This document shows positions 1 to 7,654 of a stretch of 28,377 nucleotides of DNA, in pieces. A program made the position numbers and the translations under genes. The stretch comes from a virus (taxonomy: Duplodnaviria > Heunggongvirae > Uroviricota > Caudoviricetes), in IMG/VR virus record IMGVR_UViG_2675903575_000014, positions 1 through 28,377 of that record; one strand, given 5' to 3'. Every line of letters begins with the position of its first letter. The stretch's first letter is position 1. The notes beneath the pieces are model-generated. The model saw only the letters and a program-made list of their open reading frames with translations. It was not told the DNA's origin and did no database searches.

Positions 1-1020
1 CTACTTACTGACCACAAGCGGCAAATCCAGTGTTGGTGTTATTTTGGTTTTACGATCGTAAATCAACACCTGATTTTCTGTTTTGTGTCCACTGAAAATT
101 TGTTTGTCGCGACTGCTGCCTTCGTAATCTGAAATCCCTTTGGCTTTTATGTCATGGAAGTTGCACCCAAACGGAACGCCGGCTTTTTGCTCGGCTGCAC
201 GTTTAGCCTGATTCCACCAGTTGTTCAGCGTCTTGGCTATTACCTTCCCGCCTTTGGTTGTGTTGATCACATACTCGCATGTGCCGGAAGATACATTTCG
301 GGCTAACTGGATCGCCGTACGTAATCGCGGAGACCATTCCTTGATTTGTTTAGTGCCGGTCTTGTTTTGCTCAATGTAAATCCCTTTCTCCATAATATCC
401 TGCCATTTCAGCTCGAGTACATCACCGAGCCTTGCCGCACAAAGATAGGATATCTCCATTGCAATACGTAACTGTGGAATTGCTTCCGCATATATTGCAG
501 CATACTGTTCATCGGTGATGTAAACAGTACGGGCTTTAAGTGTGAATTTTCTGACTCCTTTGCATGGATTATTTTTCACATACCCACGCTCATATCCCCA
601 TCCGTATACACGGCTCAGACTTGCCAGTTCATGGTTTGCTTGGGTCTTGCTCTCAAGTCCTCGCTTATCCATGAAAATTCTTACCTGTTCAATTTTTACA
701 TTATCAGCAAGCACTTTTCCGAATACTGCCAACAATGCCCTTTGATGTTGCCGATAATCTTTTTGGGTTCGGGGGGCCAGTTCTGTAAATGCAGGGGAGT
801 CCATAAACATGTGCCATAATTTAGCTACTGTCATTATGTTGTGGAGTTTTGCTTTTTCCAGCTCATAATTTTGCCAGACTTTAGCTACGCTGGTTTCCCG
901 CACTCTTCCGAGCCCTATAGTTCTTGTGCTTCCTTCGGGTTTCCATACGTAACTGTAACCATTCGATCTAACACGCGGTGGTAGTGCATTATCTTTTTTG
1001 TTTTTTCTTGGTCTTCCCAT
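1..1020 (-). CDS. int: Phage integrase, tyrosine recombinase family (339 aa, complete; stop at 1-3)
   Basis: Basic Arg/Lys-rich N-terminus MGRPRKNKKDN..., typical length and att-proximal position at the prophage end; 5' end overlaps the excisionase-like ORF as in lambda int/xis. Confidence 0.85.
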   Translation of the reverse strand: MGRPRKNKKDNALPPRVRSNGYSYVWKPEGSTRTIGLGRVRETSVAKVWQNYELEKAKLHNIMTVAKLWHMFMDSPAFTELAPRTQKDYRQHQRALLAVFGKVLADNVKIEQVRIFMDKRGLESKTQANHELASLSRVYGWGYERGYVKNNPCKGVRKFTLKARTVYITDEQYAAIYAEAIPQLRIAMEISYLCAARLGDVLELKWQDIMEKGIYIEQNKTGTKQIKEWSPRLRTAIQLARNVSSGTCEYVINTTKGGKVIAKTLNNWWNQAKRAAEQKAGVPFGCNFHDIKAKGISDYEGSSRDKQIFSGHKTENQVLIYDRKTKITPTLDLPLVVSK

Positions 1021-1240
1021 TGTTCAGCGCCTCAAAATCGGGTTCAGCGGAAACCAGTTCAGGTGCTTTTGGCATCGTAGTCAGTCCGTGTGGAATATCC
1101 CTGCGAAGAACTATTGGTTCGTTTTTAGGACCGATTACAAATGGGATACCGTGCAGCCTTAACTGGTGTTGCTGTTTTGTGTATCGCTCGTATTTCGTGA
1201 TCTCTTGAATCTCTGCTGGCGATAGAGTTAATTCGTACAT
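989..1240 (-). CDS. xis: Putative excisionase / small DNA-binding recombination directionality factor (83 aa)
   Basis: Small basic ORF directly upstream of int, overlapping it by 32 bp; lysine-rich C-terminus (GKTKKKQKR). Assignment is by position and size, not by recognised sequence. Confidence 0.5.
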   Translation of the reverse strand: MYELTLSPAEIQEITKYERYTKQQHQLRLHGIPFVIGPKNEPIVLRRDIPHGLTTMPKAPELVSAEPDFEALNNGKTKKKQKR

Positions 1241-1306
1241 GTGGTCACGTGCCTTACAGCATGACCGCCGCCAATATAATTCGGGGACGGCGATCAGGGT
1301 TGAACA

Positions 1307-3778
1307 TTAAAAATCAACCGGATTCGGGATCAGTTTTTGCCAGATTGCTGAAACGTATTTTGCCTGGTAACGGGCGTCATCAAGTGCATTATGGCGCTCA
1401 CCTTCGAATGGAATAGCCATTCTGGCATCGAAGTCTATGGCTTTCCCCAGCTCAACGATTGTGCGTACATCGCGATCGTTGTAGTAACGCCACGGGCAGG
1501 GGATCCCCTGCCGTTCGTATGAACGGCGCAAAATCGTGTTGTCGAAGTTGGCTCCATTTCCCCAGACCTGAACAAAAAATTCACCGGAGTTTTCGTCGAT
1601 AAATTCCCGCAATTGTAACAGTGCATCATCTAACGGGATTTCATCGGTCATAATGGCAGATTGCGCTTCGCGTGATTGCTTAAGCCACCATTTAATGGTG
1701 TCCCGATCAATGACTCCGCCAGCAGTTTCCAGATCGATAGTCTTACTAAATTCCGGTCCCATATCTCCGGTTTGCGGATCGAAAAATATTGCACCTATTG
1801 AGATAATCGGGGCATCAGGATTTTTTCCCATGGTTTCAAGGTCGATCATTAGATGGTCACACGTCCTGCTGGTGGATGTGATAACGTGATGACCGTTCAC
1901 CGTAATTAAGGGATCTGCCGTCTCGCCAGTTTCACTATCGCTGGCGTGATCCTGAGCGCTGCCAGCATTCTCTTTGTGTGGATGTTCAGCGCCTTCCATT
2001 TTCTCCGAATCGTCTTCCTGAACTTCAACCTGGTTCTTGTCATCGAATGTTTCCTGGTATGTTGCGTCGCCCATCACCGCACCACAATCAGGGCAGTTGC
2101 CGCCGCCGGTCTGACCGCAGGCGGTGCAGACTTTTTCCGCTTCCTGTTGCGCTACTGGCTCAGGTTGTTTCGTTTCTGGCTCGTTTTGTAACGCATTTGG
2201 GCTGTTTTGTTCCGCTTTCTGGTCGTTCTGTTCCGTTTCTTGCTGGTTCTGATTCACTGAATCGCGGGTTTCAATCCCCTTCACCCATTTCGGATCATTC
2301 GGGTCGCTAATCCCTGCAACAAATTCACCACGTGATACAGCAAGCAACTTATCGGCGTCAGGCTGGCTGATATTGGCTGCCTGCATAATTTTGTTTACTT
2401 CGTCAGCGGTAACTTTTACCGGCTCTGGTTGTGCGGTCGTGTCAGATGCACCAGTATTTTGTTGTGAACCTGAGTATGTACCGTTTTTACGGGCAAAATA
2501 TTCTTCTTTCGTGATTTCAGTAGCCCCTGCAGTCAGCGCCTTATTCAGACCAGAAAGTTTGTTTGCGCGACCATATTTTTCGCCATCCTTGTCGGTGAAG
2601 AGGAAGTAGAACGGCCCCTCACGCTCTACAGATGGTTCGACTTCCACTTTGCATTCGGTTTTTTCGTTGTCCGGAATTGCCGTTTCCACTGCATCAGTTT
2701 CTGGTACTGGCGACGAGAGAGTATCAGTTGCGCTCTGATTTCTTCCTTCATCTTCAAACACGCCCTTTGTAGTCAGGTATTCAGTAATGTATTTGTTCAG
2801 TGCCACAGGGTCTTTGTGAATGTCGATCGGACGTTCACGGACAAGGCCAAAAATAGTCTGGCGGTCGTAGCGAAGGGCATCAGGCTGTTTGCGCATTGAT
2901 GCCGAGATACGCTTCCAGTCTTCGCGGTCGTTGTCGATAACTTCATTTTTTGCCCAGCGATGGATGCTGCCGTCAATGTTTCCGGCATCCACATCACCAG
3001 GCCAGAGAGCGTAGGCCAGTTCGTCATCCAGTGTTTTCCATGTCTGCTTGTATTCGCGATGAGTGGCAGCAATGACCGGGCTGATTTTTCCTGTTGAATT
3101 GTCAGTGTACTGTTGATTGGCTCTGGCGCGGGCGAGATCAACAACAGACGTGTATTTTCCGGTTTCCTTGCGTTCACCTTCGCGACGTTTTTTCCAGATG
3201 CGCATCTCTGCCTGAATTTCGGGCCATTTAGCACCAGGAATACATTTATGCTTAACCCACCCAATGGCGTGCAACTTAAGCTCCGGATACATGGCGTTAA
3301 CTTCTGGCATTTTCATCAACGCTTCAACGATATGTCCGTCGAATGTTGCCATGTCTTCCTGCAACAATTCCTGTGCGCTAATAACCATATCAACGGTGAT
3401 GTTTTCACATGTGTCGAACTTAACCAGGACCGCGTTCTGTACTTCAGGGGACAGCTTGTCAAAATTGACGTTCATCGGATCGGATTCTGGTTCGACCGGA
3501 ATAAAGGAAGCGGATTCCTCATCCCAGCAGTTTTCCTGCATATATTCGGTATCCCAGGAGTCGATGGCAGGGCGGGGCATGCCGGGTTTATCCTCGCAAA
3601 CAAGAAATTTATAAGCGCAGTCCTGAGCAGCCGGATATTGCTCCAGGAATTGCCAGGTAAATTTGGCTCGGGCGCGGCGTTCGTCGCCGGCTTCAATGGC
3701 AGTGGCTACAGCGACTGCACCTTCTTCCTTTATTGCCTGTTCGTCCGGAATGGCGGCGCAAATAAAGACTTTACTCAT
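1307..3778 (-). CDS. Large exonuclease-family protein (823 aa) with a C-terminal DnaQ-like (DEDDh) 3'-5' exonuclease domain
   Basis: C-terminal ~180 aa carries DLETMG ... NGANFD ... HNALDDA motifs typical of DEDD exonucleases. The middle is acidic and low-complexity (Q/E/N-rich), with a CxxC-x8-CxxC zinc-ribbon-like motif (CTACGQTGGGNCPDCG). It occupies the lambda exo / Rac recE position. Confidence 0.7.
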   Translation of the reverse strand: MSKVFICAAIPDEQAIKEEGAVAVATAIEAGDERRARAKFTWQFLEQYPAAQDCAYKFLVCEDKPGMPRPAIDSWDTEYMQENCWDEESASFIPVEPESDPMNVNFDKLSPEVQNAVLVKFDTCENITVDMVISAQELLQEDMATFDGHIVEALMKMPEVNAMYPELKLHAIGWVKHKCIPGAKWPEIQAEMRIWKKRREGERKETGKYTSVVDLARARANQQYTDNSTGKISPVIAATHREYKQTWKTLDDELAYALWPGDVDAGNIDGSIHRWAKNEVIDNDREDWKRISASMRKQPDALRYDRQTIFGLVRERPIDIHKDPVALNKYITEYLTTKGVFEDEGRNQSATDTLSSPVPETDAVETAIPDNEKTECKVEVEPSVEREGPFYFLFTDKDGEKYGRANKLSGLNKALTAGATEITKEEYFARKNGTYSGSQQNTGASDTTAQPEPVKVTADEVNKIMQAANISQPDADKLLAVSRGEFVAGISDPNDPKWVKGIETRDSVNQNQQETEQNDQKAEQNSPNALQNEPETKQPEPVAQQEAEKVCTACGQTGGGNCPDCGAVMGDATYQETFDDKNQVEVQEDDSEKMEGAEHPHKENAGSAQDHASDSETGETADPLITVNGHHVITSTSRTCDHLMIDLETMGKNPDAPIISIGAIFFDPQTGDMGPEFSKTIDLETAGGVIDRDTIKWWLKQSREAQSAIMTDEIPLDDALLQLREFIDENSGEFFVQVWGNGANFDNTILRRSYERQGIPCPWRYYNDRDVRTIVELGKAIDFDARMAIPFEGERHNALDDARYQAKYVSAIWQKLIPNPVDF

Positions 3779-3858
3779 TTTGTTTTAACCTCATTACAGA
3801 TTTAAGGGTGAACAAATCCCTGCCATTGCTGGCATATAAAAATGAAACCGGATATTAA

Positions 3859-4068
3859 TTACGGTGCTGTTTTAAGTCCTGCCGGGATTTCGTTATTGTC
3901 CATGCGAATAACTTTATCAACCGGATAACAGTTGCCGGGAATTTTCTGTTCCGCTGCGGCAGCCATGCATTCTTTCATTGAGTCATGTATACCAATAACA
4001 AGATCGACTGGCTCGCCTGTATTAAGAAAAACCGTCAGAACGAGTGCAAATACTGTATTCATTGTCAT
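3859..4068 (-). CDS. Small hypothetical protein with hydrophobic N-terminus (69 aa, MTMNTVFALVLTVFLNTGE...)
   Basis: Its ATG overlaps the stop of the upstream gene in an ATGA arrangement (translational coupling); signal-peptide-like N-terminus. Confidence 0.45.
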   Translation of the reverse strand: MTMNTVFALVLTVFLNTGEPVDLVIGIHDSMKECMAAAAEQKIPGNCYPVDKVIRMDNNEIPAGLKTAP

Positions 4069-4247
4069 CGTCCTTTTTGCATCAGGCGTAAACGGGCCAG
4101 CATTGAAACAATGCATATTTGATTTAATAGCTCCCGTTCGTGTTTTCTCTTATTAATGGCATCTTCAGTAAATACAGGGTTACTGATTCTGACACCAATT
4201 TCAAAACAACCTTCAGACGTATTGACGTTTGGTAATAACGTTTCCAT
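4065..4247 (-). CDS. Small early-left protein (60 aa), possibly Kil-like host-division inhibitor
   Basis: GAGGA Shine-Dalgarno 7 nt upstream of the ATG at 4247. Size and position fit a kil-type gene; sequence similarity to lambda Kil is only a vague impression. Confidence 0.35.
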   Translation of the reverse strand: METLLPNVNTSEGCFEIGVRISNPVFTEDAINKRKHERELLNQICIVSMLARLRLMQKGR

Positions 4248-4430
4248 TATCGCATCCTCAACAATGAATTTTGTGATGCGGTGCCTGGTGCCTCCAGGTG
4301 ACGTTAACCAGTTAATAATTAACGCCGGATACAGAGAACCCACCCATAAGAACCAATACGGAAGTCAACTGGCCTTTTTAACTGTTCCGCGTGCGCTGAG
4401 CCGCATTCACCGCATCACAAAATTCACTTT

Positions 4431-4476
4431 AAAAAGGGCGGGTATCACAAGGGAAAACAAAAAACGGATACCCGCC
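4431..4476 (-). terminator. Putative intrinsic terminator / attenuator on the leftward transcript
   Basis: 10-bp perfect stem GGCGGGTATC / GATACCCGCC with a 20-nt loop, followed on the minus strand by a T-run (plus-strand AAAAAG at 4431-4436). Confidence 0.4.
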
Positions 4477-4719
4477 AAAAGGTAATCAACATGGGTTGTT
4501 GCAGCGGGGTTGTCACTTAAGCGTATGGTCAACCTGACAACCCGGTGCCACTAATGGGGTAAGGATAACCCCGCCATACTTACCGCCGCGCCATTTCGCG
4601 GATTGCCACAACCGGAAGTGCACGGTCGACGAAAATTTAACGACAGGCTATCTATGAACCAGCTACCTCGCCGTACGCTTTCGCGTTGTGTGCCTGCTTT
4701 TAACCACGTCAGGCGAGGT

Positions 4720-4758
4720 GGTTCCTGTTATTCCCCAACAACAAGAAATTTGTATAAT
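4720..4758 (+). promoter_or_regulatory. Putative promoter with extended -10 (TGTATAAT at 4751-4758)
   Basis: A TGnTATAAT element sits about 35 nt upstream of the GTG at 4793, with a purine-rich SD-like GAGAAGAG between them. Confidence 0.4.
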
Positions 4759-4792
4759 CCGGATATCCCCAACAACGAGAAGAGTACTCAAC

Positions 4793-5248
4793 GTGATAGC
4801 AGAACTGTCAGCGGCTATGGCTGCGATAAAGGAGACAGCTGGTCTCGCTAAGGTTATTAATGACGCAAAAACGGATGCAGAAGTTAAAGCCGCAACTATT
4901 GAACTTCAGAACAAACTAATCACGCTTCAGGCGGAATGCTTCTCTCTTTGCGATGCGATCCGCTTTCGTGATGAAGAGATAATGCATCTCAAAGCAAAAA
5001 TTGCAGAGACAGAAGATTTTCAGCGACAGGCGGAAGGTTACAAGCTTAACAAGCTTGATTCTGGAACCCTTGTATATTCCAAGAAGCAATTTATAGGCGA
5101 TACTGAGATAACTGTGTATCTTTGCCCACAATGTTTTGGAAAAAAGGTAATATCTGTACTTCAGCCAATGGAAATAATGCGCTTTGATGCTCATTTTCGT
5201 ACTTTTTGCCCCGCTTGCAATAATAAGTTCTGGATGAACTCAAGATAA
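4793..5248 (+). CDS. Hypothetical coiled-coil protein with C-terminal C4 zinc ribbon (about 151 aa from GTG 4793; alternative ATG at 4817)
   Basis: Plus-strand ORF inside the otherwise minus-strand early-left operon. N-terminal half is heptad-like and charged (AEVKAATIELQNKLITLQAE...); C-terminus has CPQC-x23-CPAC. The upstream 4688-4792 part of the track ORF is probably non-coding leader. Confidence 0.55.
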   Translation: MIAELSAAMAAIKETAGLAKVINDAKTDAEVKAATIELQNKLITLQAECFSLCDAIRFRDEEIMHLKAKIAETEDFQRQAEGYKLNKLDSGTLVYSKKQFIGDTEITVYLCPQCFGKKVISVLQPMEIMRFDAHFRTFCPACNNKFWMNSR

Positions 5249-5383
5249 TTAACCGTTTAAATAAGTTGGGACTATCCAGATTTTTAAAGAACGTACCGGA
5301 TGCTCACCCGTGTCCGGCGCACGCACTCCACCTGACCCGTGAAGAACTCCTTAATTACCAACCTTAGCTTCGTTGGTTAGCTA

Positions 5384-5602
5384 TTAACGCGGGTATGAAA
5401 TCATTCTGGCAATGCTTAATGCCGCTGCTTTTTCCAGCCTGGTGATATCCTGCTCCAGAGCGGACAGATTTTCAGCCTGCTTAGCCCTGGCTTCATTGGC
5501 CCATTTCAGATCCTGCGCTGCATTAATTTTCTGGCGCATCCACTCATAAAGTTCATCATCGGTATAGTCTGGCGCGATGATGACGGGTTCTCGTTTCTGC
5601 AT
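5384..5602 (-). CDS. Hypothetical small protein (72 aa)
   Basis: GAGGA SD 6 nt upstream of the ATG at 5602; charged helical composition; sits in the early-left operon. Confidence 0.5.
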   Translation of the reverse strand: MQKREPVIIAPDYTDDELYEWMRQKINAAQDLKWANEARAKQAENLSALEQDITRLEKAAALSIARMISYPR

Positions 5603-5631
5603 ACTGATTCCTCGCGGTGCTGCTTCGCTTA

Positions 5632-5760
5632 TCAGCCGTTAGATTTTGCCGAGCTGGAAAGCGCCTGTTTAAACTCACTGAAGCTGAGAGCTTCTTCGCC
5701 TTCGGCAAGGCCTTCGAAGTATTCTTCGTAAGCCTTTTCCATGATTGTGTCGAAATCCAT
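5632..5760 (-). CDS. Small acidic protein (42 aa; MDFDTIMEKAYEEYFEGLAEGEEALSFSEFKQ...)
   Basis: Found by manual translation (too short for the ORF track). Start is 2 nt after the stop of the upstream gene, with a GGTGAG SD-like sequence; 11 of 42 residues are acidic. Confidence 0.35.
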   Translation of the reverse strand: MDFDTIMEKAYEEYFEGLAEGEEALSFSEFKQALSSSAKSNG

Positions 5761-5761
5761 A

Positions 5762-5995
5762 TCACTCACCTGAGTTTCTTTCCAGCCAGCGACGCGCGCC
5801 AGATTCGGTTTTAAACGTTTTGCTTTTGGTATACGTCATCGCAGTGAACGTGCCGTCCTGGTTGGGGAACACGCCACATACCAGAGATTCGCTGTTGCCA
5901 AGATCGATAGTATCCATGCTGACCTCATTTCCCCTTAACGCCGGGGTGGCGGAACAAAAACCTGCTGCATAGTTAAAGTTGAACCCTGCCGTCAT
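5762..5995 (-). CDS. Hypothetical small protein (77 aa; alternative start at internal Met, plus coordinate 5917)
   Basis: First ORF downstream of the putative PL; GAGG SD before the ATG at 5995. Confidence 0.45.
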   Translation of the reverse strand: MTAGFNFNYAAGFCSATPALRGNEVSMDTIDLGNSESLVCGVFPNQDGTFTAMTYTKSKTFKTESGARRWLERNSGE

Positions 5996-6095
5996 GTTCT
6001 TACGCCTCGGGCTGGCTACTTAACCCCTGACCACTGCCTGGTAACTCGAAGTATTGCCCTGCGTTCTGTGGGGCGGGGTGAGGTGGTATACCATA

Positions 6096-6124
6096 AAACT
6101 AAATCTATTTAGTTTTATAGTCAA
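6096..6124 (-). promoter_or_regulatory. Putative PL promoter with overlapping operator (CTAAATCTATTTAG at 6099-6112)
   Basis: Minus-strand -35 TTGACT (plus 6119-6124), 17-bp spacer, -10 TAGTTT; the 14-bp palindrome CTAA-N6-TTAG overlaps the spacer and -10. Confidence 0.4.
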
Positions 6125-6142
6125 GTGTGATCTAGATATATT

Positions 6143-6167
6143 TAAAAAAGGTCGACAAAGCCGACCT
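6143..6167 (-). terminator. Putative intrinsic terminator downstream of the repressor gene
   Basis: Stem AGGTCG / CGACCT with a 7-nt loop, followed on the minus strand by a T6 run. Confidence 0.45.
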
Positions 6168-6190
6168 CTGATTGAAAAACAAAGTGGAAG

Positions 6191-6841
6191 CTATAGGCTG
6201 AACTGCACACCTTTTGCTACAGCAACAATTTTACATTCAGGTGTCAGTAAGGACGATTGATAGCGAGGATTGAGGGGGCTTAAATACACGAGTTTTCCGT
6301 CGATGACTAATTTTTTTATAGTCATAGATGGTTCGTTTGTAAGCGGATCTGGGACTATTACAGCGACGATACTACCATTTTTATATTTTTCTCTAGGCCT
6401 CATGATCACTGTGGCACCAACCGGAATGCTTGGCGACCCTGATGGGTTGTGCATAGTGTCATCAGGCATTGAAACGGCAAAATCCCCCTCCTTGACGTCA
6501 AAGAATGTGGTGATTCTGTCGGCATTTCCCATAGTTTTCTCTCCTTCTAAAATTAGGAAAGAAATTGCTTCCCCCCATGAAAGATAGGGGATTTGGGTGC
6601 CTGAATTGTTCTGCACAAGGGTAGGTTCAGTAGACGATACTCCATATAGGAGATAGGACTCAGTAGTTCCTAGTGCTTGGGCTAATTTACTAAGAGCTTT
6701 GCTACCGGGTTCGTTTAGGTCTTTCTCCCAGTACCCTATAGTTACCCCTGTTACGCCAGAAAGCTTGCCCAGTTCGACTTGGGTCAGTCCCTTGTCTTTT
6801 CTGAGTCTCTTAAGCCTAATGCCAAGGCTTTCCATCATCAT
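6191..6841 (-). CDS. cI: CI-type prophage repressor (HTH_XRE N-terminal domain plus LexA/S24-like autoprotease C-terminal domain)
   Basis: N-terminal LKRLRKDKGLTQVELGKLSGVTGVTIGYWE is a classic XRE helix-turn-helix. The C-terminal domain has a Ser in the AVSMPDDTM context and a Lys in TIKKLV, consistent with the S24 catalytic dyad. Three tandem ATGs; the third (6835) has the best SD spacing. Divergent from cro. Confidence 0.85.
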   Translation of the reverse strand: MMMESLGIRLKRLRKDKGLTQVELGKLSGVTGVTIGYWEKDLNEPGSKALSKLAQALGTTESYLLYGVSSTEPTLVQNNSGTQIPYLSWGEAISFLILEGEKTMGNADRITTFFDVKEGDFAVSMPDDTMHNPSGSPSIPVGATVIMRPREKYKNGSIVAVIVPDPLTNEPSMTIKKLVIDGKLVYLSPLNPRYQSSLLTPECKIVAVAKGVQFSL

Positions 6842-6865
6842 CTCCCGTGAATTGAATATAAATTA

Positions 6866-6918
6866 TTTTAGATTGCATTGACCTAAAAAAAATTATCCTT
6901 TAATCTAAAAATACTTAG
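6866..6918 (+). promoter_or_regulatory. PR promoter and OR operator region
   Basis: -35 TTGACC (6878-6883), 17-bp spacer, -10 TAATCT (6901-6906); a 14-bp palindrome CTAAAAATACTTAG (6905-6918) with the same CTAA-N6-TTAG architecture as the OL site; GGAGGG SD before the cro ATG. Confidence 0.5.
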
Positions 6919-6933
6919 TTTTAGGAGGGTGAA

Positions 6934-7161
6934 ATGCGAGTTGATGAACTTGTCCAGTTTTTTGGCTCTGTTCAGAGAGTTGCCGATTTTTATGGGATAA
7001 CCCGTGAAGCTATATACATGTGGCGCAAACGTCCTGGTGAAATAGTTCCCAAGGGGAGGGCCGCGGAAGCTGCCGCATACTCCAAGGGAAAATTATCTTT
7101 GAACCCAGAACTTTACAAAAAGAAGGATAACACCTTGAACGAAGGAAAGAATGATTCATGA
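6934..7161 (+). CDS. cro: Cro-like transcriptional regulator (YdaS/Cro family, 75 aa)
   Basis: Small HTH protein divergently transcribed from the repressor gene; motif FYGITREAIYMWRK; its stop overlaps the next gene start (ATGA). Confidence 0.75.
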   Translation: MRVDELVQFFGSVQRVADFYGITREAIYMWRKRPGEIVPKGRAAEAAAYSKGKLSLNPELYKKKDNTLNEGKNDS

Positions 7162-7583
7162 AAATCAAGCATGAACACATCCGCATGGCGATGAATGCCT
7201 GGGCGCGTCCTGATGGCGAAAAAGTTCCAGCAGCTGGAATAACCCAGGCTTATTTTGAGTTGGGTATGACGTTTCCTGAACTGTATGACGATAGCCATCC
7301 GGAAGCCCTGGCTCGCAATACCCAGAAAATTTTCCGCTGGGTAGAGAAAGACACCCCTGATGCAGTTGAAAAAATTCAGACGTTGTTACCAGCGATCGAA
7401 AAGGCAATGCCACCTTTGCTGGTGGCCAGAATGCGCAGCCACAGTTCAGCTTATTTTCGGGAGCTGGTGGAGACGCGGGAGCGACTGGTGAGAGACGCTG
7501 ATGATTTTGTCGCAGTGGCAATCGCCGGTTTCAATCAGATGAACCGTGGTGGCCCGGCAGGAAATGCTGTGGCAGTACATTGA
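7158..7583 (+). CDS. YdaT-family protein (Rac-type CII functional analogue, 141 aa)
   Basis: Position immediately after cro and size match Rac ydaS-ydaT. I recall the MKIKHEHIRMAMN... N-terminus as YdaT-like, but this is from memory and unverified. Confidence 0.6.
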   Translation: MKIKHEHIRMAMNAWARPDGEKVPAAGITQAYFELGMTFPELYDDSHPEALARNTQKIFRWVEKDTPDAVEKIQTLLPAIEKAMPPLLVARMRSHSSAYFRELVETRERLVRDADDFVAVAIAGFNQMNRGGPAGNAVAVH

Positions 7584-7654
7584 CTGACAATAGCCATATC
7601 GAATCACTTCCGGCAACTCGTGAGTAAAAAGATTCGGTATCAGAAGAGGTGAGT

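Noticed and set aside
1435-3805. Multiple ORFs on both strands (for example 1978..2310 +, 2797..3264 -, 3113..3805 +) nested inside the 823-aa exonuclease gene
   Set aside because: They are alternative-frame or antisense shadows of a long, well-supported gene; translations are low-complexity or Arg/Ser/Cys-rich with no start signals.
5996-6190. An N-like antiterminator gene or nut site next to PL
   Set aside because: No Arg-rich N-like ORF is present between the repressor gene and the first early-left gene. The phage may use an N-independent strategy, or the nut element is not recognisable by eye.
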